DNA from: Myxococcota bacterium
GTDB taxonomy: Bacteria; Myxococcota_A; Polyangia; Polyangiales; Ga0077539
Assembly: GCA_052035985.1 (NCBI GenBank)
Contig: JBPOHC010000900.1
Span: forward strand, 1-20,923
Reading direction: 5' to 3'
Length of the DNA stretch: 20,923 nt
Part shown: positions 1 through 8,668 of the stretch, piece by piece
How the letters are laid out: each line of letters begins with the position of its first letter
Position numbering within the stretch: the stretch's first letter is position 1
Program-made: the position numbers and the translations under genes
The notes under the pieces: model-generated
The model's input: the letters and a program-made list of their open reading frames with translations, nothing else
Told to the model about the DNA's origin: nothing
The model's database searches: none

Positions 1-648
1 CGGCGGCGCCGCGGCGTCCGCCCCGGGCGCGGGCGGCGGAGGGCTGGGCGCGGCCTGCGCTACGGGACCCGCGGGAGCCGGCGCGGGCTCGCCCGCGGGG
101 GCGGGCGGCGGAGGCGCGGGCTCGGCCTGCGCGGGCGGCGCGGCCTCCGCGGGGGCGTTCGAAGAGACCGGCGTGGCGGTGTTGGTGTTCGAACCGCCCG
201 AACCGAAGGCGAAGTATCCCACGAGCGCGATGACCGCGACGGCGCCCGCGATGATGCCGTACATCATGCCGCCCTTGCGCTGCGGAACGACGGGCTCGTC
301 GTCGAGCGCCGCGGCGTTCACGGCGGGCTTCGCGGTGACCTTCTCCGCGGGCTTCGCGGTCGGCTTCGGAGCGGGCTTCGCAGCGGCCTTCTCCGCGGCC
401 TTCGCGGCGGCCTTCTCCGCGGGGGGCTTGCTCGAAGGCATCGCGAGGCCCTCGGGCGGCGGCATCGAGACGACGGCCGAGACCGCGTCACGAACGGCGT
501 CCTTCGGGGCCGCGAAGCCTCCGGCCGGGGCGCCCTCCGCGGGGGCGGGCGCGATGGCGGCGATGTCGGCGTTCCTCGCGGCGTCGAGTCCGATCTCCCA
601 CGACGGCCGGAAGGCCATCGCGGCGCGCTCGAACTCCTCATCGTTCAT
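1..648 (-). CDS. Partial (C-terminus off the window edge) single-pass membrane protein with a Pro/Ala/Lys-rich low-complexity tail; hypothetical
   Basis: The minus-strand frame starts at ATG 648..646 and reads MNDEEFERAAMAFRPSWEIGLDAARN... (alternative in-frame ATG at 693). One hydrophobic helix (MMYGIIAGAVAVIALVGYFAF) is followed by PAPAxA and KPAEKAAAK repeats. GC3 is near-uniformly G/C. The plus-strand ORF 173..859 is its antisense shadow. Confidence 0.55.
   Translation of the reverse strand, partial: MNDEEFERAAMAFRPSWEIGLDAARNADIAAIAPAPAEGAPAGGFAAPKDAVRDAVSAVVSMPPPEGLAMPSSKPPAEKAAAKAAEKAAAKPAPKPTAKPAEKVTAKPAVNAAALDDEPVVPQRKGGMMYGIIAGAVAVIALVGYFAFGSGGSNTNTATPVSSNAPAEAAPPAQAEPAPPPPAPAGEPAPAPAGPVAQAAPSPPPPAPGADAAAPP
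323..428 (-). repeat. Imperfect tandem nucleotide repeat (units of about 15-18 nt: gcgggcttcgcggtc / gcggccttctccgcg) encoding AEKAAAKPA-type repeats within the CDS above
   Basis: Repeated gggcttcgc / ggccttctccgcgg units are visible directly in the sequence. Confidence 0.5.
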
Positions 649-958
649 GGTGCCTTGCTTCCAGGCGCCCTCACCACCCGTCGCGTGTGTCATCTCACTC
701 ACGGCGTCTACATCTCCTCGCGTACGTCCTGGATCGTTGCGAACACTACCGCCCCGGCCGTCTCACACGCAACGGCCCGACAGGCCGTGTCCGCGTGGAC
801 CTTTCACCGCAGCGCTGTGCCGTCACCCGCTGCGTACATCGGGGCAACGACCGGATTGAGAGCCCCGCATCGCGGCAGTGCTTGGCAACCTCCGCGCTGA
901 GCCTCTAGAGTCCGCGCGCCCTCGACCCGAAGCGTCTCGGGATCGAGAGGGAGTCTCA

Positions 959-2077
959 GTGTCCTCCATCAACGACCGCGTTCAAACAGAGCTCGATCGC
1001 CTCGCCATGCAGAGGGCAATCGAGTGCGCGCGTCGGGGTCTCCCCTCACCCAACCCGCACGTCGGCGCGGTCGTCGTCCGCGACGGCGAGGTGGTCTCTG
1101 AGGGCTGGCACGAGCGAGCGGGCGATGATCACGCCGAGGTCGTCGCGCTCCGCGCCGCGGGGTCGCGAGCGCGCGGCGCGACGGTGTACGTCACCCTCGA
1201 GCCCTGCAACCACCACGGCCGCACGCCGCCCTGCACCGAGGCCCTCATTCGCGCGGGCGTCGCGCGGGTCGTGTTCGCCGCGAGCGACCCCAACCCCCAC
1301 GTCGCGGGCGGCGGTCGCGTCGCGCTCGTGTCCGCAGGGGTCGACGTGCAGGAGGGCTTCGTCGAAACGCTTCAGCAGGAGGCCGAGCGCGTCATCGCGC
1401 CGTGGCGGACCTTCATCACCGAGGGCCGCGCGCACGTCACCCTCAAGGTCGCGATGACCCTCGACGGTCGCATCGCCACCCGCGCCGGCGAGAGCCGATG
1501 GATCACCGGCGACGACGCGCGTCGAGACGTCCACGCGCTGCGGGCGACGAGCGACGCGGTGATCGTGGGCAGCCGCACGGTGCTCGCGGATGACCCCGAG
1601 CTCACGGTCCGTCACGTCGAGGTGAGCCGTCAGCCCGCGCGCGTCGTGATCGATTCGGCGCTCGTCACGCCGCCCACATCGAAGCTCGCCCTGAGCGCGA
1701 GAGAGACTCCCGTGTGGGTGCTCACGGGCCGGGCGCACTCGCGTGATCGTGCGGAGGCCCTCACCGCGCGCGGTGTCGAGGTCGTCGCGATCGACGAGCG
1801 TGACGGGCGTCTCGACCTTCGCGCCGCGCTGAAATGGCTCGGCGGACGGGGGATCGTGTCAGCGCTCTGCGAAGGCGGCGGCGCGCTGCACGGCGCGTTC
1901 CTCGATCAGGGCATCGGCGAGCGCGTGGTGGCCTACGTCGCGCCGATGGTGTTCGGCGGAGAGGCCGCGATGGCCTTCGGAGGCCGTGGAGTCGCTGCGA
2001 TCCGCGACGCTCGGAGACTCCGTGATCTGCGCGTCGAGCGCGTCGGCGAAGACCTGCGCATCGAAGGGGAGCTCTGA
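959..2077 (+). CDS. ribD: Bifunctional riboflavin biosynthesis protein RibD (pyrimidine deaminase and reductase)
   Basis: Cytidine/dCMP-deaminase zinc motifs HAEVVAL and TLEPCNHHGRTPPC are present, followed by a reductase domain. I prefer the GTG start at 959, which has a GAGAGGGAG RBS 8 nt upstream. The ORF-track start at 878 is also GTG, further upstream in the same frame. Confidence 0.88.
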   Translation: MSSINDRVQTELDRLAMQRAIECARRGLPSPNPHVGAVVVRDGEVVSEGWHERAGDDHAEVVALRAAGSRARGATVYVTLEPCNHHGRTPPCTEALIRAGVARVVFAASDPNPHVAGGGRVALVSAGVDVQEGFVETLQQEAERVIAPWRTFITEGRAHVTLKVAMTLDGRIATRAGESRWITGDDARRDVHALRATSDAVIVGSRTVLADDPELTVRHVEVSRQPARVVIDSALVTPPTSKLALSARETPVWVLTGRAHSRDRAEALTARGVEVVAIDERDGRLDLRAALKWLGGRGIVSALCEGGGALHGAFLDQGIGERVVAYVAPMVFGGEAAMAFGGRGVAAIRDARRLRDLRVERVGEDLRIEGEL

Positions 2078-2733
2078 TGTTTACAGGGATCATCCAGGCG
2101 GTCGGACGGCTCCGATCGCGCGTCGCGGCGGGGCCTTCGGCGACGCTCGTGGTCGAGTGTCCCTTCGAGCGCCTCGAGCTCGGAGAGAGCGTCGCGGTCG
2201 ACGGCGTGTGCCTCACGGTGGCGACGGTGCTCGACGGCGCCTTCACCGCGAGCGCGAGCGCAGAGACGCTCGCTCGCACGACGATCGGCTCGCTCTCGGG
2301 CGGTCAGCGCGTGAACCTCGAACGCGCGCTCGCCGTCGGCGACAGGCTCGGCGGACACATCGTCGCGGGTCACGTCGACGGAGTGGGGAGGGTCGCGAAG
2401 CGCGAGGAGGTGGGCACGGCGGAGCGGGTGCGCTTCGACGCGCCGCCCGAGGTGATGCGCTTCGTGGCGGAGAAGGGCTCCATCGCGATCGACGGGGTGA
2501 GCCTCACGGTGAACGCGGTCCACGAGCGGGGCTTCGAGGTGATGCTCGTGCCCTTCACGCGCGACGCCACGGCGCTCGGTGATCGCCGACCGGGCGCCCC
2601 GGTGAACCTAGAGGTCGACGTGATCGCGCGCTACGTCGCGCGGCTGATGGAAGGCCGCGGGGCCGGCGAGGCGCACGCCTCGGGCGTGACGATGGACCTC
2701 CTCGCGCGGCACGGTTTCGTGAACGAAGGCTGA
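2077..2733 (+). CDS. ribE: Riboflavin synthase alpha chain
   Basis: The N-terminus MFTGIIQAVGRL is typical. The internal duplicated lumazine-binding halves include DGVCLTV and DGVSLTV. The start overlaps the ribD stop (TGATG). Confidence 0.88.
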   Translation: MFTGIIQAVGRLRSRVAAGPSATLVVECPFERLELGESVAVDGVCLTVATVLDGAFTASASAETLARTTIGSLSGGQRVNLERALAVGDRLGGHIVAGHVDGVGRVAKREEVGTAERVRFDAPPEVMRFVAEKGSIAIDGVSLTVNAVHERGFEVMLVPFTRDATALGDRRPGAPVNLEVDVIARYVARLMEGRGAGEAHASGVTMDLLARHGFVNEG

Positions 2734-2747
2734 AGGGACTGCACGCA

Positions 2748-3935
2748 ATGACGCTCGAAGGGACGCCCGAAGAGAGGGCACGCCGCGCGATCGAGGCGAT
2801 CCGCGCCGGACGGATGGTGATTCTCACCGACGACGAGGACCGCGAGAACGAGGGCGACCTCGTGCTCGCCTCGGAGCTGGTCACCGCCGAGGCGATCAAC
2901 TTCATGGCGAAGTACGCGCGCGGCCTCATCTGCCTGACGCTCACCGAGGAGGCGATCGAGAAGCTGCGCCTCCCGATGATGGTCGAGAAGAACACCGCCT
3001 CGCTCGGCACGGCCTTCACGATCAGCGTCGAGGCGCGCGAGGGCGTGACCACGGGCATCTCCGCGGCGGACCGCGCGCACACCGTCAAGGTCGCCGTCGC
3101 GCCCGACGCCAAGCCCGAAGACCTCGTCTCGCCGGGGCACGTCTTTCCGCTGCGCGCGAAGCCCGGCGGCGTGCTCCAGCGCACGGGGCAGACCGAGGGC
3201 TCGGTGGACCTCGCGCGCCTCGCGGGCCTGGCGCCGTCGGGCGTGATCTGCGAGATCATGAACGACGACGGGACCATGGCGCGGATGCCCGACCTCGAGC
3301 GCTTCGCCGCCGAGCACGGCACGCCCATCGTCACGATCGAAGACCTGATTCACTACCGGCTCAAGACCGACCGCCTCGTGCGGCGCGTGTCGTCGAGGCG
3401 CTTCACGCCGGCGGGCTTCGCCTCGACGTGGACGGCGCACGTCTACGAGTCGACGACGGGCTCGCAGCGGCAGTTTCTCGCGCTCGTCGCGGGCGAGGCC
3501 GACCCCGAGACGCCCACGATGGTGCGCATGCACCCGGGCTCGGTCTTCGCAGACCTCTTCGCGCCCGCGAACACCCTCGACGGAAGGCCCGCGGTGGGCG
3601 GCGGCGCGTACCTCTTCGAAGCGATGCGACGGATGGAGGCCGCGGGGCGCGGCGTGGTGGTGTACTTCCCCCCGACGCAGACAGACCTCGTCGATGACCT
3701 GAGGGCGCTCGCGGGCGAGGCCCGACGTCACGCGCATGATCTCGCGTCGCAGGGCTCCCCCGCGCAGCGAGAGCACGGTCTCGGCGCGCAGATCCTCATG
3801 GACCTCGGGCTCCGAAAGATTCGTCTCGTGACCAGCAACCCGCGGCGCCTCGTGGGCCTCGCGGGCTACGGGCTCGAAGTCGTCGACATGGTTGACGTCT
3901 CGGGCGCGACGGCCTCTCGCAACGCGCAGTCGTAG
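2748..3935 (+). CDS. ribBA: 3,4-dihydroxy-2-butanone-4-phosphate synthase fused to a degenerate, cysteine-free GTP cyclohydrolase II-like domain (RibBX-type)
   Basis: The N-terminal half carries DHBP synthase motifs ([32 protein letters not shown]). The C-terminal half keeps GCHII-like [20 protein letters not shown]. It lacks the Cx2GxCxC zinc site, with [14 protein letters not shown] replacing RVHSECLTGD, and has no Cys at all. Confidence 0.82.
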   Translation: MTLEGTPEERARRAIEAIRAGRMVILTDDEDRENEGDLVLASELVTAEAINFMAKYARGLICLTLTEEAIEKLRLPMMVEKNTASLGTAFTISVEAREGVTTGISAADRAHTVKVAVAPDAKPEDLVSPGHVFPLRAKPGGVLQRTGQTEGSVDLARLAGLAPSGVICEIMNDDGTMARMPDLERFAAEHGTPIVTIEDLIHYRLKTDRLVRRVSSRRFTPAGFASTWTAHVYESTTGSQRQFLALVAGEADPETPTMVRMHPGSVFADLFAPANTLDGRPAVGGGAYLFEAMRRMEAAGRGVVVYFPPTQTDLVDDLRALAGEARRHAHDLASQGSPAQREHGLGAQILMDLGLRKIRLVTSNPRRLVGLAGYGLEVVDMVDVSGATASRNAQS

Positions 3936-3976
3936 CGCATTGCCTTTCCGATGCGCCGGGATTACAAGCCCGCGCC

Positions 3977-4468
3977 ATGAGCGACGACGGTCTTCGAATG
4001 ACGGTGATCGAGGGTGACCTCGTGGCGACGGGCGCCCGCGTGGCGGTGCTGGCGAGCCGCTTCAACCACTTCATCGTCGACCGGCTCGTCGAGGGCGCCC
4101 TCGACTGCCTCCGACGGCACGGCGCCGCGGAGGCCACGGTGGTGCGCGCGCCGGGCTCGTGGGAGCTCCCGGTGGTGTGCCGCACGCTCGCGAAGAGCGG
4201 GCGCTACGACGCGATCGTGGCCGTGGGCGCGGTGATCCGCGGGAGCACGGCGCACTTCGAATACGTCGCGGGAGAGGTCACCAAGGGCCTCGCCTCGGTC
4301 TCGCTCGACACGGGCGTCCCCGTGGCCTTCGGGGTGATCACCACGGAGAACATCGAGCAGGCCATCGAGCGCGCGGGCACCAAGGCGGGCAACAAGGGGT
4401 GGGACGCCGCCCTCAGCGCCATCGAGATGATCTCGCTCCAGAAGGCCCTCACGCGTCATGGCCACTGA
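3977..4468 (+). CDS. ribH: 6,7-dimethyl-8-ribityllumazine synthase
   Basis: [22 protein letters not shown] and [14 protein letters not shown] are classic lumazine synthase motifs. Confidence 0.9.
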   Translation: MSDDGLRMTVIEGDLVATGARVAVLASRFNHFIVDRLVEGALDCLRRHGAAEATVVRAPGSWELPVVCRTLAKSGRYDAIVAVGAVIRGSTAHFEYVAGEVTKGLASVSLDTGVPVAFGVITTENIEQAIERAGTKAGNKGWDAALSAIEMISLQKALTRHGH

Positions 4469-4931
4469 CCGCCGCTCGACGCGTCCGCCTGCGCCCTCGC
4501 AGCAGGACGCGGGGCCGAGGAGGCAGGCGCGAGAGGCCGCGCTCCAGGTGCTCTACGCCATCGATTTTCTCCCGACCCCCTCGGCGGCCGACGGCGAGCG
4601 CGCGCTCACCGCGTACTGGAACAACCTCGAAGGTCCCCCCGCGGGGCGCGCCTACGGAGACACGCTCGTCCGCGGCGTGGTCGCGCGTCGCGAGGCCATC
4701 GATGAAGCGCTCCGCGTGGCATCGCCCAACTGGCGCCTCGAGCGCATGGCCCGCGTCGACCGCAACGTGCTCCGCCTCGCGTCGTGGGAGATCCTCTACA
4801 GCACCGAGGTGCCCACGCAGGTGTGCATCGACGAGGCCGTCGAGATCGCGCGCGAGTTCGGCGCCGAGGGAGCGTTCGCCTTCGTGAACGGCATCCTCGA
4901 TCGCCTCGCGCGAACGCACGGCAAGCTCTAG
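4458..4931 (+). CDS. nusB: Transcription antitermination factor NusB
   Basis: [14 protein letters not shown] and the NusB fold signature are present. The gene overlaps the ribH stop by 11 nt, the usual ribH-nusB arrangement. Confidence 0.88.
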   Translation: MATDRRSTRPPAPSQQDAGPRRQAREAALQVLYAIDFLPTPSAADGERALTAYWNNLEGPPAGRAYGDTLVRGVVARREAIDEALRVASPNWRLERMARVDRNVLRLASWEILYSTEVPTQVCIDEAVEIAREFGAEGAFAFVNGILDRLARTHGKL

Positions 4932-4944
4932 GGTCGGCGCCGCG

Positions 4945-5469
4945 GTGGACGTCCGCTTCGTTCCCCTCGACCTCGCGCGCGTCGACGCCCTCCGCTACGA
5001 GGCCGTGGCGCTGCCGTTCTTCGAAGACGAGCGACCGTTGCGTGGTGCCGCGGGCCTCTGCGACTGGCGCCTCTGCGGTCGTCTCTCGCGGCTCCTCCTC
5101 GGCGGGCGCGTGACCGGCGCGCTCGGCGAGGTGACGCTCGTGCCCGCGCGACCGAGGCTCCCCTTCGACAAGCTCCTGCTCTTCGGGAGCGGCCCGAGAG
5201 AGACCTTCGACGCCACCGTCTTCGCCGCGGTCACGGCGCGCATCTACGACGTCGTCGAGGGCCTCCGGCTGCGCAACCTCGCGCTCTCCCTCCCGGGGCG
5301 AAACCACGACCGCGTGACGCCCGGCGAGGCGATCCGGTGGTTCCTCGAAGCGTCGTCGCGGTCGAAGATCGAGGAGCTCATCGTGCTCGACGACGCCGAC
5401 GCCCACAAGGTGATGCAGCCCGTCGTCGACGCCGAGCGGCGCCGCGCGAGGGCAGCCCGCGACGTGTGA
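4945..5469 (+). CDS. Hypothetical protein with a possible peptidase-M17 N-terminal-like fold
   Basis: GTG start and high GC3. The pattern YEAVALPFFEDE...GAAGLCDWRL...LLFGSGP resembles standalone M17_N-like domains. There is no catalytic domain. Confidence 0.45.
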   Translation: MDVRFVPLDLARVDALRYEAVALPFFEDERPLRGAAGLCDWRLCGRLSRLLLGGRVTGALGEVTLVPARPRLPFDKLLLFGSGPRETFDATVFAAVTARIYDVVEGLRLRNLALSLPGRNHDRVTPGEAIRWFLEASSRSKIEELIVLDDADAHKVMQPVVDAERRRARAARDV

Positions 5470-5470
5470 G

Positions 5471-6730
5471 TCAGCGCGCGCGGAGGTCTTCGATCAACCG
5501 CGTGAGGGCACGCTCGGCGCGCCACGGAACGACCAGCGCGAGCGCAGCGTCGGAGAACACCGCGGCGTTCTCGGGATCGTTCTCCGCGAGCGCGCGCAGC
5601 GCCTCGACGGTCTGCACCGTGATGGCGATGTGATAGGGCCGCGCGGCGGAGACCGAAGCCGCGAAGGGGCAGAGCCGACGGAATGTCTCGGCCGCGGAGA
5701 GCGTCGATGCCGCCGCGCGCGCAGAGGTGAGATCGCGCGCGTCGAGCGCGTCTTCGAAGCTCCCAATCGACGAGGTCTTCACCGCGACGGGCTCGGTAAG
5801 CGGGGCGAGGCGCGCGACGGCGCCCGTACACTGCGTCGCGATCACCGACGCGAGCTCTTCGTCGCAGAGCGGGAGGAGGCGCGTCGCGGCGTGCACCATC
5901 CTCAGCGCGCGAGAGAGGTCGAGGTGCGCCGTGTCTCGCGGCGCCGAGCTCATCGCGCGGAGCCGCTGCGCAACCGCGATCGCGCAGCTACGAAGCGCCG
6001 CGTCGGGGTCGAGAGAGGTCGTGAGCTCGTCGCTCTCGACGGGGTCGAAGCCGCCTCCGCCGCGCACGCACGAGTGGGTGACCGTGAGCATCACCGCGGT
6101 GGCAGCCATCACGTCTTCAGCCGCGTCGGGGAAGCGCTCCGCCAGCGTCAATCCGCGCACGACCTGAGCGGCGGCGTCGCCGAGCGCCGCGAGGTCCCAC
6201 GCGAGCGCGGGGACGAACACTGCGCGAACGACCTCCTCGGGTCCGCGCTCTCTCGCGATGCGACGCGCGCGGGCTTCGGCTTCGGCGAGCCTGTGATCGA
6301 GCACGTCGGAGAGCGCCCTCGCGGCGTCGTGCGGGTCTTCGATCGCCACCATCGCCACGGGACGTGCGCCGCGGTGCGCGTGCGTCTCGCCGAGCACCGA
6401 TGCGGCGACGGCGAAGGCGAGCGCGGGGTCGAGGTCTCCGCGGCGGGCCCACTCGCACAGGTCTGCGACCACCGCGGCGGGATCGTCGAGGCCCCAGGGC
6501 GCGCGGTCGGACGCGTCGCGGACGACGACTTCGAAGGCCGCGCGGAGGGGATCGCTGGGATCGCGCGCGAGGGCCTCGAGCGTGAGCGCGTCGGACACGC
6601 ACTGACGCACGTCGGCGTCGGCGAGCGCGCGCCGCAGGCTCCGCGTCGCGCGTTGAGAGGCCGCGCGGTGATCGCCCGAGGCGCAGCGCGCATCGGCGGT
6701 GGAGTGGGTGACGGTCTGCAGGGCGGACAT
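5471..6730 (-). CDS. Hypothetical Ala/Asp/Leu-rich, probably all-alpha protein
   Basis: Natural-looking composition contrasts with the Arg/Gly-rich antisense ORF 5630..6847. ATG 6730 has an AAGGA motif 10 nt upstream. The alternative GTG at 6775 lies within the direct-repeat region. Confidence 0.5.
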   Translation of the reverse strand: MSALQTVTHSTADARCASGDHRAASQRATRSLRRALADADVRQCVSDALTLEALARDPSDPLRAAFEVVVRDASDRAPWGLDDPAAVVADLCEWARRGDLDPALAFAVAASVLGETHAHRGARPVAMVAIEDPHDAARALSDVLDHRLAEAEARARRIARERGPEEVVRAVFVPALAWDLAALGDAAAQVVRGLTLAERFPDAAEDVMAATAVMLTVTHSCVRGGGGFDPVESDELTTSLDPDAALRSCAIAVAQRLRAMSSAPRDTAHLDLSRALRMVHAATRLLPLCDEELASVIATQCTGAVARLAPLTEPVAVKTSSIGSFEDALDARDLTSARAAASTLSAAETFRRLCPFAASVSAARPYHIAITVQTVEALRALAENDPENAAVFSDAALALVVPWRAERALTRLIEDLRAR

Positions 6731-6745
6731 CGGTTGCAAGTCCTT

Positions 6746-6781
6746 GGATGCACGCGAACCCCGGAGAGGATGCACGCGAAC
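6746..6781. promoter_or_regulatory. Perfect 14-bp direct repeat GGATGCACGCGAAC x2 (6746-6759 and 6768-6781, 22-bp periodicity) in a divergent intergenic region
   Basis: Read directly from the sequence. The repeat sits between the start of the minus-strand gene (6730) and the plus-strand gene (6859). Confidence 0.3.
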
Positions 6782-6858
6782 GCCGCGAGGCCGCGCGATG
6801 GTGGCGCAGCGAGTTTGACAGACGACCGCGCGAGCCGATACGCGTAGAGTCCTTCGAC

Positions 6859-7257
6859 ATGGGACGCACCGACACCAGCCGAAAGCATGTGAACCAGGCC
6901 GCGCTCATGGGCGCCGGCCTCGGACTGTTGCCCTTCCGCTTCGCGGCGCCCGCGGTGGCCGCGCTCGGCGTGAAGATGCTCAAGGACGTGCGCGAGTCCT
7001 TCGAGGCCGAGGCGAGCCCCGTGGAGCAGGCCGCCGCCGCCGCGGTGCTCGGCGCGGGCGAGTTCGCGCTCGGTCAGGCGACCCGCGTGGTGCGCATCGC
7101 GCCGTGGGTCGGTCCGCTCATCAGCGCCGCGCTCACGGGCGTCGCGGTCAAGGCGCTCGGCGAGGGCGCCATCGCGTACTACCAGTGGTCGCGCTTCGAG
7201 ACCGAAGCGACCGCGCGGCCCGCCGAGGGCGAGGCCCACGCGCGCGTCTCGTTCTGA
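6859..7257 (+). CDS. Small hypothetical protein with a hydrophobic Gly/Ala-rich segment
   Basis: ATG at 6859 begins MGRTDTSRKHVNQAALMGAGLGLLPFRFAAPAVAALG. GC3 is high and the RBS is weak. The ORF-track start at 6748 would overlap the direct repeats. Confidence 0.4.
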   Translation: MGRTDTSRKHVNQAALMGAGLGLLPFRFAAPAVAALGVKMLKDVRESFEAEASPVEQAAAAAVLGAGEFALGQATRVVRIAPWVGPLISAALTGVAVKALGEGAIAYYQWSRFETEATARPAEGEAHARVSF

Positions 7258-7280
7258 TCCGAGCGCGAGAGGATCGCGGC

Positions 7281-7886
7281 GTGCGCTGCGGCACCGTCAT
7301 CACCGTCACCATCGCGGCGCTCGCGCTGACTCCATCGGGAGCCGCGCAGACACAGCCGCCGCCCCCGTCGCGCAGCGAACGTACACGTCGCCCCGCGCCC
7401 ACGCCTCCGTGGTGGAAGCTCGCGACCTTCAGGGTCATGGGCGGCGTGGCGAACATCCGAGGCGACGGCATCGAGACCACCTCGTCATGGACGCTCGACG
7501 TGCACGCGGGCCTTCGAACCTTCAACCCCGATCGCCCGTCGCCCTACTGGATCTTCGGCGCCGACGTGGGCTTCTCGCTCGGCCCTCGCGGGGGCGAGAC
7601 GCGCCCCCTCTGGATCGGCGGCCCCGGCGTGTCGTACGGCGGTCTGTGGTTCTCCGTCGGGTGGTCGCCGCGGCTGGTGTTCGGCGAGGTCTCGGGCGGC
7701 ACCGCGTTCGGCCTCCGCAACACGCTCTCGGGGTGCACCTTCATGGGCTTCGCGTGCCTCGACGCGTCGCACCAGTTCCTCTCAACCGCGCAAGGCCAGC
7801 AGCACGACCTGCGGCTCTCGTTCGGCGTCGACCTCGGGATGCTCGCGCAGGTGATCGTGCGGTTCGCCACGACCCGCCCGGGTTGA
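7281..7886 (+). CDS. Secreted beta-rich protein (possibly a small outer-membrane beta-barrel)
   Basis: GTG at 7281 has a GAGAGGA RBS. The signal peptide is VRCGTVITVTIAALALTPSGAAQ. Alternating hydrophobic beta-strand patterns follow (WIFGADVGFSLG, LWFSVGWSPRLVFG, LRLSFGVDLGM). Confidence 0.5.
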   Translation: MRCGTVITVTIAALALTPSGAAQTQPPPPSRSERTRRPAPTPPWWKLATFRVMGGVANIRGDGIETTSSWTLDVHAGLRTFNPDRPSPYWIFGADVGFSLGPRGGETRPLWIGGPGVSYGGLWFSVGWSPRLVFGEVSGGTAFGLRNTLSGCTFMGFACLDASHQFLSTAQGQQHDLRLSFGVDLGMLAQVIVRFATTRPG

Positions 7887-8004
7887 ATCCGCTTCGATGC
7901 TCGCACGGCCCCCTGTGGCGCGCTCTCTGCGCGGTGCGTACGTTCTTTCGCACTGATCGTTGACGCGGTGTAGGTTCCGTGATTATCCAAGCGGGACGAG
8001 AGTG

Positions 8005-8664
8005 ATGACGCGCAGCGCCAGACATCGACGAAAGGGCTTCGGGTTGGCGTTTACGCTGGCCGCGGTCCCGTCCGTGGTCTCCGCGCAGCCCCTGGTGACG
8101 GCCTCGTCGGCCTCGCTGCTGCACTCGCAGAGCCCGCGCACGCGCCTCGAATCGATGCTCCCGCGGCTCTCGCTCGCGCGCGCGCTCGACGCGTCTGGGA
8201 TCGCGATCGACGCGCCCGCCGCGCAGGCGATCGAGATCGCGGTCCCCGACCACGAGGCGGCCCCGCCGTCGCCCATCGTGTCGTTCCGCAACAACTTCGC
8301 CGCGTCGTACTTCCGCATGAAGCCCATCGACGGGTGGACGTGGGCGGGCATCGGTGCGGGCACCGCGGGGCTCGGCCTCGCCTCGGTGTTCCTCCAGCTC
8401 GCGGGCGCCACGGCGCCGGTGTACCTCCCGAGGATGCCCGGGGTCTCATCGACGGAGAACCCGGTGTTCCTCTCGGTGGGCGCCTACTCGCTCCGCTACG
8501 ACACCATCGGCTCGCTCACGATGAACGCGGGCGTGTCGGCCCTCTCGTCGAACCTCTTGCGGCTGGTCTTCGCCCCTCGCAGCGACCGCTCCGAGCGCTA
8601 CATGCGCACCTTCGCGACGGAGCTCCAGGGCGGCTGGATGTTCGGCGTCGAAGGCGCGATCTGA
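8005..8664 (+). CDS. Secreted hypothetical protein
   Basis: ATG at 8005 has a GGGACGAGAG RBS. The signal peptide is MTRSARHRRKGFGLAFTLAAVPSVVSAQP. The mature part is Ala/Gly/Ser-rich and beta-like. Confidence 0.5.
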   Translation: MTRSARHRRKGFGLAFTLAAVPSVVSAQPLVTASSASLLHSQSPRTRLESMLPRLSLARALDASGIAIDAPAAQAIEIAVPDHEAAPPSPIVSFRNNFAASYFRMKPIDGWTWAGIGAGTAGLGLASVFLQLAGATAPVYLPRMPGVSSTENPVFLSVGAYSLRYDTIGSLTMNAGVSALSSNLLRLVFAPRSDRSERYMRTFATELQGGWMFGVEGAI

Positions 8665-8668
8665 AGAC

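Noticed and set aside
173-859. 228-aa plus-strand ORF (MAVLVFEPPEPKAKY...)
   Set aside because: It is the antisense shadow of the GC3-rich minus-strand membrane-protein gene. Its composition is low-complexity Ala/Phe/Gly from repeat antisense, and it would span the probable promoter region of ribD.
650-958. Possible FMN riboswitch upstream of ribD
   Set aside because: I could not find the conserved RFN core (the GGGGCAGGGTGAAATTCCC and CCGACAGT...AGTCCGGATG blocks) by eye. The question stays open for a covariance-model scan.
2631-3776. 381-aa minus-strand ORF, and 259-aa at 2555..3334
   Set aside because: Antisense to ribBA and ribE, which carry unambiguous catalytic motifs.
5630-6847. 405-aa plus-strand ORF, plus minus-strand ORFs at 6117..6983 and 6148..7239
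   Set aside because: They are Arg/Gly-dominated shadow frames. I prefer the minus-strand gene 5471..6730 and plus-strand gene 6859..7257 on composition and GC3.
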